The notes below the pieces were generated by a model. It did no database searches. It saw only the letters and a program-made list of their open reading frames with translations, and was not told the origin of the DNA. A program made the translations under genes and the position numbers. DNA of 64,000 nt from Lepidodermella squamata (taxonomy: Eukaryota > Animalia > Gastrotricha), in the NCBI GenBank assembly GCA_047495785.1, contig JBLDXI010000019.1:2046001-2110000 (forward strand), given 5' to 3'. This document shows, piece by piece, positions 36,185-49,012 of the stretch (the first letter of the stretch is position 1; every line of letters begins with the position of its first letter).

Positions 36185-38515
36185 CATTTTTCGTATCGAG
36201 TTGATAATTAGATATTAGAGCACTGCTTCTAATTTTACAATGCAAATCGCACGATTTCTAATTTTGAGTTTTTTCACTTAGAACGCGTGCGTTTTTCTTA
36301 TTCGCATTTCTAATTCACTTAGAACACGTGCGTTGTTCTAATTAGCGAATTAGAACACGCACGTTTTTTATTGCGCGTAATTACTCATTCATTAAACAGC
36401 AACGCATTTTTACGCACAGCAATAATTTCTCATTTTTATTGCACACACAAAACGCTGTTAATAACCGAGGCGATAGCCGAGGTTACCAAAGGCGAGCGCA
36501 GCGATGCCTTTAAAATACAACGAGGCGAAGCCGAGTCTAGTAGTGAAAAGCGAGTGAAGCGAGCCTGGATGAGACGTTGAAATGAGTCGAAGCAAGAGTG
36601 GAACGAGGCGCAGCCGAGTGTAACGAGTGCGGAGACGAGTTTCAACGTTTTCCATTCTTTTAAGCCACTTTTCTGCCTGCTGTTTATTGAACGTAGTATC
36701 GCCATTCTTCGTGCGGCGAGTGCACAATTATTACCCTCAATAAAACACACACACACCAGTGTTAGCAATAATGCAATAACGCGAGCGTTGCAAAACTGGC
36801 ACGAATTTCGCATTGCTAGGCGCAACGATTTCAGTAAATTGGCTTCGCTCTCAAAGGTGGTCATAATTTCGATGAGCTGGGCATGTTCAGCGAGGTACTA
36901 GTTGATGCTCACTCAAAGCAGAAATGTGAATAAAATGAGGTGAAAAAACTCGCGTAACTCAGTCCCTGAAAATTAGAAGCCGTGCTCTAATAATGTTAGA
37001 TCACTCGTTTTGATACTAATCTCGAAAACGCTGCCTCTCGTAAACTTCGACTCGTGAAAAACTCGCGCTCCACTCGTCTGCGCCTCGTTCCGCTTGCTCG
37101 TTTTTCACTCGTCTTCGTATACTCGAGATTATAAAAAAATCCGCCGTTAAGGCAAAAGCGTTGCAATTTTTCTGACAACTGATACGAATCGGGCTTCTGA
37201 TGATTTGAAGCGGTTTTTGGCTGAAGAAATCGCGAAATCTCCGCGAACAATCAAAATTTTCATGACCGATGGCATCCATAACATGACGATTCAGCATGTC
37301 GATAGGATAAATGGCGTGGATGACGAAGCTGTTTGGATGGGCGGGGCGAAAACGTACCTCGACTGGTTGCTGTTGACGAGAATGGACCGGCTGGTGATAA
37401 CGCGAAGCGGGTTCGCCGAATCGGCTGCTCATCTTTCGCTGGCTACAACTCGGCGGCTCGTATCTCGCAATGAAGTGCCATGCAAATTCGATGATCACAG
37501 TGGCAGGACTTTGCCGGAGACATCCATGGGTCCTGAGAAAGATTTATATTAACATTTTTCGTATCGAGTTGATAATTAGATATTAGAGCACTGCTTCTAA
37601 TTTTACAATGCAAATCGCACGATTTCTAATTTTGAGTTTTTTCACTTAGAACGCGTGCGTTTTTCTTATTCGCATTTCTAATTCACTTAGAACACGTGCG
37701 TTGTTCTAATTAGCGAATTAGAACACGCACGTTTTTTATTGCGCGTAATTACTCATTCATTAAACAGCAACGCATTTTTACGCACAGCAATAATTTCTCA
37801 TTTTTATTGCACACACAAAACGCTGTTAATAACCGAGGCGATAGCCGAGGTTACCAAAGGCGAGCGCAGCGATGCCTTTAAAATACAACGAGGCGAAGCC
37901 GAGTCTAGTAGTGAAAAGCGAGTGAAGCGAGCCTGGATGAGACGTTGAAATGAGTCGAAGCAAGAGTGGAACGAGGCGCAGCCGAGTGTAACGAGTGCGG
38001 AGACGAGTTTCAACGTTTTCCATTCTTTTAAGCCACTTTTCTGCCTGCTGTTTATTGAACGTAGTATCGCCATTCTTCGTGCGGCGAGTGCACAATTATT
38101 ACCCTCAATAAAACACACACACACCAGTGTTAGCAATAATGCAATAACGCGAGCGTTGCAAAACTGGCACGAATTTCGCATTGCTAGGCGCAACGATTTC
38201 AGTAAATTGGCTTCGCTCTCAAAGGTGGTCATAATTTCGATGAGCTGGGCATGTTCAGCGAGGTACTAGTTGATGCTCACTCAAAGCAGAAATGTGAATA
38301 AAATGAGGTGAAAAAACTCGCGTAACTCAGTCCCTGAAAATTAGAAGCCGTGCTCTAATAATGTTAGATCACTCGTTTTGATACTAATCTCGAAAACGCT
38401 GCCTCTCGTAAACTTCGACTCGTGAAAAACTCGCGCTCCACTCGTCTGCGCCTCGTTCCGCTTGCTCGTTTTTCACTCGTCTTCGTATACTCGAGATTAT
38501 AAAAAAATCCGCCTT
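35783..38515 (+). repeat. Direct tandem duplication, period 1368 bp (3' part of FucT-B exon 2 plus a 3'-UTR insertion element)
   Basis: ORFs recur at +1368 (36184/37552, 36371/37739); the copies look identical by eye. Confidence 0.92.
37151..37552 (+). pseudogene. 5'-truncated duplicate of FucT-B exon 2
   Basis: Matches 35783-36184 but lacks the splice acceptor and exon start. Confidence 0.8.
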
Positions 38516-40663
38516 AACGGCGGATTTTTTTCTAATTACGCGTTTTCTCGATTAGAATCAAAACTCGGTGTTCTAACATATATTAGAAATTTAATTATTG
38601 ATGATAGTATAATAGAATGTTATACATTTATTTTCTGAATGTGCTATTGAAGTAAAATGACCGGAAACAAGTGAAAAGTGGGGCTAGGCGAAATTTTGGA
38701 CATCGTGAGATTTTGATGGCGGACTTTCAAGATCAATTAACGAGCAGTCGAACGATATCAAAAGGAGGTTGATATTCATCAGGGTTGCTGAGAAAATGGG
38801 CTTCAAAGTTTAAGAGCAAACAAATGCTAATTTAAAAAATTGAGTTTTTTATTGGATCAGCTAATAATCCCCCACGCAATAAATTCTGATGTTATTTTCT
38901 TATGCACAGTCGGTTCTATGCCAATTAAGCAAACGAAAATTTAGCAAGGGCTTTTGAGCAACGAATGGATTGAATGAAAAAAATTCTAGAAAATCAGGAA
39001 AAAATCTTCCAAGCTCGCTCCAAGCATCGAAATGTAGAGCTTGATCAGAATTACCTGGTCAATTAAAAATACTCTTCAATTTCATTGTCTTATTGGCAGT
39101 TGGCATATTTTATTAATTGATCATTTTTATGCGATTTTCCCCATTTCAAAAACAGAATATCTTTTAACGTAACCAAATTTGCCTGTTGCGGAACCAAATC
39201 GGCATTTTGCGGAACCTAATTTAAGGAAAGCGAAAGGTCACTTTTTGAATTTTTCTACGAAATTGAGGCAATGCATGAATCCGATAGTGAAGAATGTGTC
39301 TTTTTCAGAGTTTTACGCTGAATTTAATGATGATTTATTTCAAATTATGCTGATAAATCATGACAAGCTTGAATGCTTCAAAAATTGGCTTTAGGCTCAT
39401 TTGGTTCCGCGACAGTCAAATTTGGTTCCGCTAAAAGAAAGGCCCTTTCAAAAATAGTCAAAATTTCGAAAAAATAATCAACGTGTTCATCGTTTCAAGA
39501 GCTATCCAGAACTGCCGGAAATTATTGATTGTGATTAATTGTTCAAGAATAATTAGCGATCGAAAATCACCTGATTTGTTTACTTTTCCAACCACTCGAT
39601 GCTGATTCATCACAACATCTGGTGCCCATGGCGTTTACAGGCTTTGTCAGGAGTAGGACCATCTTAAAACTAGCTCTATGAGCGTGTCAGATCTCTCTTT
39701 TTTATTTATCTATGACTGGCGATTCGCTCTGCGGTGCACATGTTTTTTCTCGCCTGCGAATGAGAGAAAAAAGAAACGAGTTAGTGCGAGGACCTTTATA
39801 TAGCGCAAAATACACAGAACGATTTATCGGTAAACTGTGTGATTATGAAAAATTGAGATATTCCATGTCTATTAATTTATTTCCAGCGATTGCATGCGTT
39901 TCAATCAAAAAATTATCGATTCATTGAATTTCAAGCAATTTTAGTCTATCCAGTCTCCACTTGTGGGGACACTTATCATTAATCGCCAGTCGCTTCCTAT
40001 GCGACTCAATCCCCCCTGGCTGATTGCCAAGGTCGACTTTTTCGAACAGGTACTCATGCGGGTTGATCGAGGCGTAGCGATTCAGAAAATTGGCGCAATA
40101 AATCGGCCTCGCCTCCAAGTCTGTCATCGAGAAACAAACACCCTGCCGAATCGCCCGCCACCAAGTCGCCCAACTGTCGCTGTTATCGTAATGCGAGTAA
40201 TGAATAGCAACTTTGGGCGCGACTCGGATAAAACTGGGCGGCACCCCGGCTTCGGCCAACGTTCTCGTCTGGCCGTCGAGGTTGCTCACCCATCCAGGCT
40301 GCGACTCGCTGATAATCCAGTAGTAGTCGTCTCGAAATTTGTTCCACATGAACGTGCACATGAACGTGCTCATTTTTCGAAAAATTACCTTTGTAACCCG
40401 TCAATTCATATGTTGTTAGAGGCGCACGCGCCCACCACGACGGACCTTCCGGGTTCGGCGGGCCAAACATCGGCCTTACAACGGGTTTGCCATCGACGAA
40501 CACGTCATTGAGACCGACCCTCGAAATGAAGGCTGCATTCGTGTCCGTAAAGCCAACATACTCGGCATCTGTAAAATTATCCGCCCAAAATTTCAACCTA
40601 CGTTAAATAAAATATGAAGTGTTCTTTCATATATATTCATACTAAATTAAGTACGCAGCTTCC

Positions 40664-40979
40664 CGGTTACGTAATATTCCAAATTTCTGGATCATAAAAT
40701 TCTGCTTTTAAAACTGAGTAAAAATAATATCTCATCTAGAAAGCTGAGATAACTTGGCCTTATCGAATTTGCTGGCTAAATCATGAAATTAGGGTTGGAA
40801 AGCTCAGGAAACCTTAAAGGTCCCGAACCTTAGATCGAACTTCATGAAAATAGGGCAAGACTCCTGATTTTGTCAGCAAATTTGATAAGTTATCTCAGCC
40901 TTCTAGATGAGATATTATTATTACTCAGTTTTAAAAGTAGAATGTTATGATCTACTAATTTCGAATATTAGGTAACCCG
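40664..40979. mobile_element. Intronic MITE with ~90-bp imperfect TIR
   Basis: cttttaaaactgagtaa...atctcatctagaaagctgagataactt / aagttatctcagccttctagatgagat...ttactcagttttaaaag. Confidence 0.7.
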
Positions 40980-41493
40980 AAAGCCGATCAACAACAAATA
41001 TCCACTCTGGAAAAACATGTATGAAAGGTAATTTTGTCATCCACAAATATGTACGAAATTATAAAATTTCATACAAATTTGCACCCAATAATGGTAAATT
41101 TATCGGAATCATACACAATAATAAGCTTACCATTGCGACTTGTGCCATCCGTTGCACGGGAAGACACGTTTCGGGTAGAAAATCCTGACATCAGTGTCGA
41201 GTACATCTCGGCTGATTTTTTCAACTTTCGCGCCGAAATTATTAGCTTCTTCCTGATTTTCGCCATCAGCTAAAATCACAAGTTTCAGATGATCGGCCGG
41301 CCAGAATAAAGCCAGGGTATAAGCGAGCCAGTTTTTGTACTCGTCAAATCGCCGGTCATCGGCGGCCGACGTCACCATGAGTTCGATATCGGGCCATTTG
41401 TCATCGCACGACCCACGCTCCGGTATTACAAATTCCGCGGGAAAAGTTGGGCTTGAATTGGATTTCAGGACAGCTTGTTGTACTTGTTGTACA

Positions 41494-42080
41494 CTATATG
41501 GCCATAAAGAAACGCACACCAGTCGAAAAATGCGTTGCGTAAATGGCTGCCATCAGGGTGATGTAGGCCTTTCTAGTTTTAAGCACGAATTCTGATGCGC
41601 TCATATGATTTGAAGTTGGCTATATTATTACTTTCTACGACTTTAGTGGAGGGTTGTTTCGTGTCAAGATTGTCCGCGAGTACCCTATAATTCGGTCGGA
41701 AGATACTTACCCGCCACCTTGATGACAGCCACTGGGGCTTCACGCAGTTCTGACGAGATTCTGCCCGTTCAGCTCGAAATTGTGGGATATTGGTCAATGG
41801 AAACCAGCAGTATTATCACTAATTTGGAGCTGTTTCTGGTGCCTTGGAGAGCTTATGCTCATCTCCGGCGTGCTCAGAAGTCGTGAAAATCGTCAAGAAT
41901 GTCCCATTTCGGGACCATAAATTGACCCATTTCGAAGGTGTTGGAAATGGTTTTCAACGTCAATTACGAATTTAAAAGAACACGATTTGGAAATATCTAA
42001 TGACATCCGGTTTAAAATAACGTCATATTAAACGATTAACGCACGTTTCGACTGGCGTGTGTGTCTCTATGGCCATATAG
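41494..42080. mobile_element. TIR element inserted in X1 exon 1
   Basis: ctatatggccataaagaaacgcacaccagtcgaaa / tttcgactggcgtgtgtgtctctatggccatatag; absent from paralogs X2 and X3. Confidence 0.8.
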
Positions 42081-44059
42081 AATATGACGAATAACGCTAA
42101 CGAGGCGAGGCCGAGGGCGGCTAATATATAATGTAAACGTAGTCGAAGCATTTTTTGCATAAACATTCTGGAAAATGAAATAGAAATGCAACTGCAAAGT
42201 CCGAAAGCGACCACATCGCGGTCTGGTCGACCAGACCCCGACGGGGCATTGCTCGTGTTCCACGTCGCGCTCTGGTCGACCAGGATGCGACGGGCCTGCA
42301 ATCTCTCTTATCAAACACCTATGTCGGACTTCGGCTCGTAGGTGACGACCGAGGTACGATGGGCTCCAAATCGAGAACAATGGACGCGCGCGCGCATTGT
42401 CCCGCCGTGCTCTGGCTCACACGCGCGCGCACAAGCCAGAGCCTTGGGTCGGACTTGGGTCGTAACATAACGACGCCAAAAATCTGGGAAATAAGGTCGC
42501 GAATATTGAAATTCAATTTGCTCATTAAATTTGAGCAGATAAATTATTAGAGATTAATACCTCAGCAAAAAACAATCAACAAATTTGAGCGACATTTTCT
42601 GCAAAATGTAACAGACAAAAAATGTATAGGAAGTCATTTTCGATTTCTTAATACTCATGCAACTTCTTGGCTAAAAAACTTCGATGGCGGACTGAAATTA
42701 ATGTTCGGCTTTCTCATTGCTAATGCATACCACAAGCTCTAAACCTATAGCTTTGTACTACGCATCAGGGAAGAATAAATCACGTCCATGGTTTCTCTAT
42801 TGGATATATGGCTTCTCTAAAGATAGATGTTACATGGCTTTGTGTTGATTTAAGAATGACTGAACTCTAGAAATTCTGAACATTTCAATTTTTTAATGAA
42901 TATGAAAAGCAGCAAGGCCCCTAAAAACGATGCAATTGGCGAATAAGCTCAACATTTGCAAATGGGTTCATCATGCTACCTAATGATAGAATAAAAAATT
43001 GAAAATCCGAGCATTCAAAACCGCAAGAAGTCGAACCCGAGGCGCCCGCAAACGATGTTTTATACAGGAAAAACAAAAAAGCTATGCCCACTTTTGCCTA
43101 TAGCGCAAGAAGTAAAGAAGTACGAATTCTATAAGTAAAGGATCGACTACCCTACCCTTACTGTGGCATTGATGACAAAATACAGAATGAGGCATAAATA
43201 TTGAGCCGGCTTTATTTCTTCAGTGCGCAGTCATTTCGGCTCCGATTCTCACATTTCCTATACCGTTGGAATGCCCATGAAAAATATTCCTCACATGTTT
43301 CGCTCAAGGGATCCTGGTCGCATTGAAGTTATAGCCAGATCAAGAATTCCAGCTAGCGATTGCGACATTCTCAAAGTTGGAAAATAATGTTTTTTCGATT
43401 TATCTCAAAAAGTCGTTTTGTGGACATGGCACTATTTTCCGCGCGCACGACGAAATTACAACAGAAAACGACACCTGTAGTTCACGCCATGCACAATAAT
43501 CAGTAGCTGGGCCAAGCCTCCGAAATAAGTGGTTGAACTTTCGCACGTCTCTTGCGCTTTAAATTTGCATCACTTGTGCATTAATTCCGCAATTTTCACC
43601 GCTCTATCGTTGGCGGATGTGTCGTGGGCCGTGTTGCGTGTTCACATCTCGTAAATCAATCATTGGTAAATCGAATAAAATAAAAAATTTCCTAAATCAA
43701 TCAAATCAAATCAATGTCTCTGCCATCTCATGAATTATGTTTCTTTGTATTCAGGCCATTTATCGCCTAGGTATTCGACCATTGAAATTTAGAATTTTTC
43801 GAAATTTGGCCACCAAGAGATTGATGAATCAGCAGACCATCTGGCGCCCATGGCGTTATACACCCCTTTTGTACCCCTTTTCTCGTGAGTAGACAGCATA
43901 GATGTCTATGGTCGACAGTGGATCCGCCTTATAATGAGCCCAACATTTACCGGTTACCGGTTACTGTCCAAATAGGGGATCATGATTGGCAAAATGTTCA
44001 CCATCCTATTGAACTCCTTTATTAAATTTATATCTCTGAAAGCTGTTATATAATAGCAA

Positions 44060-45090
44060 ACAATCACTTTGACGCTGAGGGACCTCCTGGCTGCTACCCC
44101 TCTTCCGCAGGTTGGCAACCCTCCAGCCCGGTGCTTGGGTACCGACGTGCCATCACTGCCGCTATCGTTGAGGCGCGACGCCTTCATCTACCCCTGTGTG
44201 ACCGCAGTGAACTAAAGAAGATTTCCAAGTCTGCCGTATGCGTCTGATCCCGAAGCAGAAACTTGTTCTTGAACGCGCGATTGGCCCTCATTGTGACCCC
44301 CAGTTGACAGTGGAGATCTAGCGACTCGACGGCGAGTTTCGAGAAGCTAAGCAGCAGCACGAGTTCCGCCGCGGCGTTGCAAATCTGCGTACGGTAGAGG
44401 CTCTCTCGGGCCAACTTCGGTATCGCGAGGCGTGGGTCCGGCTGCAGCGACTTGACGGTCATCAGCAGCAGCGCTCGAGTGGGCATATGAAACTGGACGA
44501 TGGCACTATAGTCGCACCGTCCACCGTCCACTACGCTCGCTGACCATTTACTTAGCCACTTCACTTCGCCGATGTCGCCCTACTGCGCGACCCGACCGCC
44601 GACGACGCCCTGCAGCCAGCGTTGGCTCGAGCTTGAGACCATGATGGCCACCGATCCTGGCCTTCACAGCACGGCTACGAGTCATCTGCCTGGCCCTACC
44701 GACTTCGGTGTCAGCCAACGTAAGCCGGCCTTGTGCACCGCCTCTGCGGACTTCCTCTCCCGCGGAACCTCATCGGTTGGCTCACAGACTTTCTGCGCGA
44801 CCGCAAACTGCGGCCCGTGTAGCCGGTTTCCTTAGTCGCTCCGTTGTGGTAAATTGCGGAGTGCCGCAGGGCTCGCCTCTGCTCTACATCTTATTCACCG
44901 CGGATCTCGGCCTTGCAGAGTTTTTCTCCCAAGTTCAAGTCTGCCAAGCCGAGAATGCCTGCAGACATGTCCTGCATCCGATAAACCTTAAGCTGCCGAT
45001 AATTCCTTCATTCATGTCTTCCCACTAGTGTCTTCCGCGAACTGTCTCAGACAATCGCGTGTCCTCTTTGTGCCGGCGCCTTGTCTGACA
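44060..45090 (+). mobile_element. Degraded non-LTR retrotransposon fragment, same family as 50227-52286
   Basis: ARVAGFLSRSVVVNCGVPQGSPL matches the RT at ~51.1 kb; multiple deletions; boundaries approximate. Confidence 0.75.
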
Positions 45091-45185
45091 TGTATTTTTA
45101 TTTTTTTTCTGCCTTTAAATTCAATTTGTATGTCAAATGAGGGCAATTAAAAGAGATTTTAGTTTGTTTGTTAGACAGCGATTCA

Positions 45186-46914
45186 CTATAGCAAGTCCAT
45201 TAATTTACCGAAAGAAGTTGAAGGCATTGGCCTGCCGCTGTAATCATCGAAAACGCATGGCTTTAACGAGAGAGGAGTATGTCGCCGCGTCGGTGCTAAC
45301 GAGAAATGTGCCGCCGATTCCGCGAAGCCACTTCGCGATATGATCAGCCGATCCATCTTAGTCAACAGTAACCAGTCGACGTAGATTTTAGCCGCTTCGA
45401 ACCATGCCGAGTCGTCTGTAGCCGAAACTTGCGGCAGCTCTTCAATGTGTCTTATCGTCAGATTCTGGCTTTTGTCTGTCGTGAACATTTTCACTGTCGA
45501 AGGGAAGTTGGTGAACACTGTGGATGTCAAAAGGTTCTTCAGGTCGAGATAGGTCTTATCATCGTCACTGGTCATGAAGATAGTGACATTCTTCCCTGTG
45601 AAGACATCCGAAGCAAGAACTTGAGCCACCTCGTTAGCGAAGCATTGTAGATGTGATGACTTGTAAACTGATGGATCGTCTTGCTCTAAAAGAAAACAAT
45701 AAGGATGAGTTGTAATGAAAATTGAAAAATTAGAGATTGCCTCCTAGGTCCACGACAAAAAAGCACACCTATTTATTTTTATAAATCACAAAAAATCAGG
45801 TGAACAATGTACAAGGTTGCTTACTGGAAAATGCTAAGGTTCGCAGCTGGATGCCAATTTTCAGGGACTGCCTCCAGAAGGTGAGCCCTATAGTTCCAGC
45901 TATGACCTTTTCGACAACGTTTCGGAGCTTCGCATTCGGTTTCTCGAAAATAATTTGAAGAGCAGCTGAAAGCGCAATATTGAAATCCGTGTTATAGTCG
46001 AGCAAACCCGGCGCAAATTTTTCAAAATTTGACTTGAAAACTTCATTTTTCAGCATTGCGTCCAGCCCAGCATGGCGATTAGACATCAATTTTACGTGTT
46101 TAAAATGGTTGATTTGCCGAGGCAAACCCTTCCCTGCCATCAAATTGAAATATTTACTATCTTCAAGTAGATCATAGTGGCACATCCATTTCGTATTTTC
46201 CGGACTGTACGAATTGCCGTAGAGTTTCGAGAAAACGTCGGAATCAGCGTTGTAGTAATGCTCGTTAACACCAAAATATTCCGAGACATCCGCCGGCTTT
46301 TTCCAATCAAAGTTGAACACTCGACCAGTGGCGATCGCAAGGTAGAAAGCGATAACTGTACCCCTCAGCCGATCGCCCAGGCCGTTGCAATAGGCAGGTT
46401 TCGGGAAGGTACATTTTCCTTGTACCCCAGCAACAGGATACATGAAATCGAAACAGGTAATGTAGGGCGGGAAAGCATTCGGCTTACAGAAAGAAGTTAC
46501 AAATCGAATTTTACTCCAATTTTCCGATTTTAACAGCGCTTCCATTCGAGCCAAGTAGTTTTTCCGGATCGATTCAGCCAATGCTCTTGCCTGGGCTTGT
46601 CTCGGAGAAATAGGCTTTTTCAACTCTTCAGGTAGTAGACCTCTTTCTAGGCGACTTGTGCTTGGCATCTCCGTTTGGATAAAATTGCTCCTTCCAGAAT
46701 CGAAAGCAGTGTCGTCGCGTAGTTTGGACTTTGGGGTCAGAAGTAGATCTCTTTCCGGGCGACTCCTAGGCGTGCTTACCATCTCCCGTTGGATAACATT
46801 GCTCCTTCCATAATCGAAAGCTGGGTCTCTGTGTGTCTCTGTCTCGGACTTTGGGATTAGAAGTAAATATCCATTTATTCCGAGAAGGACAGAAGTCATA
46901 AGATCATAAGTCAT
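45186..46914 (-). CDS. Fucosyltransferase-like protein C (divergent, inverted), exons ~46914-45825 and 45685-45186; 5' end uncertain
   Basis: CNGLGDRLRG, KIGIQLR and DWLLLTKMDRLIISRSGFAESAA; in-frame phase-1 intron; duplicated ~40-aa stem repeat. Confidence 0.7.
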
Positions 46915-46949
46915 AAGTCATAAGTCAGAAGTCGAGAAGATCTCGATTT

Positions 46950-47640
46950 ATTAGATCGCATCTTCCTTATCATTTTATAAAGCACTAGGAAGCCTTTATT
47001 AGTTCGCATCTTTCTTATCATTTTAAAAAGCACTATCAATTTGAAAACAAATTCTTTCAATCTTGAGAACGTTAAAAGTGCGTCAGATTTATGCTTCAGA
47101 AACATCACCGTTATGTAACATATCTCGATAAATGTCGTAGGGATTAATAGAAGCCGCATGCATATTATGTCCAGTATGGTCCAGAGGAGCTTTCGAACGC
47201 ATTTTCTTGAGCTGGCGTCTGATTTTTTAGTCATTTTTCCGTAGACGCATTCTTCGCGAAAATCCAGCTTGTCATTTTTAGGCGACTCAAGCCCCTTACC
47301 AGGTCCAGAGGTCCTCGCCATTAGTTTCTTTTCGTTCACATGCCACAAGTTAATCAATCGGAGAATTTGTAGCATAACAGTATATTCTTGATCATTATTC
47401 CGCAATTTCGCTGAAGCCCCAACTTCTCCGTTCCACTTGACGCTTGATTTCAATGGTTTGCTGCAGCACTTGCGAATGCTTCAATGAACCACACCCCGTG
47501 AAGACCAGGCGGTGTCCACCACTAACAATTTTTATGTTGCATGACCGCGACCTTTAGCGTCAATGCGACGTCCGTCGTTCAGGGGCTCCGGCATATCCTC
47601 AAATCGATGAATTTTCTCTCGGTTATTCGTCATCAGACTC
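46950..47640 (-). mobile_element. Ty1/Copia-like pol remnant (GAG-pre-integrase and integrase)
   Basis: LWHVNEKKL...LDFREECVYGKM, YITVMFLKHKSDALLTF and IRKMRTNKG (compare LRTDNG); decayed, boundaries approximate. Confidence 0.65.
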
Positions 47641-48305
47641 AGAAAATTCGGGAAAACTGCCGCATGAGAGGATTTTTGAAGAATCGAGCTTGATGAATAT
47701 TTCACAAAGCGAGTTTTTAATTATTTTTCCTTGCCAGATCTTGGGTGGTACAGAGTACGGTGTACGGAGGAACTTCGATTCATACAGTCATTCGTACAGG
47801 CAAGGTGTTTCTGTATCAAGTAGAAAGTCGAGTCCAATATTGCCTTTCTCCTCTGTATCATCTGCTAAAAACTCGGAGAAACGCAGTCGAAGAGTGGAAG
47901 AAAAAGTGATCCCCCTATTTATATACGATAATATATAAATATAGTATATACTATTTATATACGAAAATACGATAAGCATCAATCATAGGAGAGCGGATGT
48001 TTCCTCCGTTCTCTATGCCGCAAAATAAGGTGTGTTTGTTATTTCATTTTCAACGGATATAGAATCAATGTACTAAGTCCAACACAACCAATCCTAGAAT
48101 CCAAGCCCTTTCCAGGTAAACGCTGGGGGTCAAATTCGATTTTCGATTTTCGATTTTCTTCGGTTAAATAGAAGGGAGGGGTCACACACTAGTTTAAAAG
48201 CGAATATTTACTAAAAATAAACGAATTCTGCAAAAATATTGCAAATTCCAAAACGTCAACCTCCGACGATCTTTCAACACCCTGTATAAATCTTGGGACT
48301 AACAG

Positions 48306-48490
48306 ATATCGTTAGCGGCGCGCCAAAACAACCACTTTACTATTTATAGATTTTATATGGATAGTACGATCGAGAGTAGAAAAAAATCAGTGCTCAAATG
48401 GCCTATCGTACTTTATCATTACGTTCGGCGACTTCAAGTACGATCGAATGAATCATCTAAGTGGTTGTTTTGGCGCGCCGCTAACGATAT
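48306..48490. mobile_element. MITE, 32-bp perfect TIR
   Basis: atatcgttagcggcgcgccaaaacaaccactt / aagtggttgttttggcgcgccgctaacgatat. Confidence 0.8.
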
Positions 48491-49012
48491 ATGGACTCGA
48501 AACTTGCTGATAAACACATACAAACGTGTTCTGACCGACGAGTTGGATGAAAAAGTGTTGAAAAACTCACAAGCTGACGCACGAGTGCAAAAAGTAGCGG
48601 ATTAATAGTAATAAATGCCTAAAAATCTGCATCCGCCCATTATGAGGCGATTTTCAGTCATGTTCGGAAGTTAAGGGGAGCTTGCTAATTCATTTGGTAA
48701 CCTTTTTAGTTATAAATTGAATATTTGAAAAGCTTATCTCCTGACGAGTGAATTGATTTGAGTCACTAAGGGTGCCTCAAAGGTAACTTTTCAGCTAAAA
48801 TGTTAAATTCATACCAAAATCATATCATCCAGCATAGTATGAAATTCATGTTACTGTGATGTTAAATTCACAACTAAGTTCTAGCCATTAGACATTCATA
48901 TGCGATTCATATGTCCGAAATTCATCGTTTTCAAATAAAATCTTGTTTATATTAAAATCATATCACTTTCATATGAATTTTTGAGGTAAAATATTAACGG
49001 CGTTCGTCTGGG

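Larger units (their letters stand above)
39921..42151 (-). pseudogene. Uncharacterised GT-A-like paralog X1; probably non-functional (first ~60 codons and acceptor of the last exon missing; TIR element in exon 1)
   Basis: Homologous to the intact 56835-58575 gene; exon pieces at 42151-42045, 41493-41131, 40597-40389 and 40363-39921. Confidence 0.7.

Noticed and set aside
36371-38232. Duplicated 69-142-aa ORFs
   Set aside because: They lie in the repeated insertion element and have no protein-like features.
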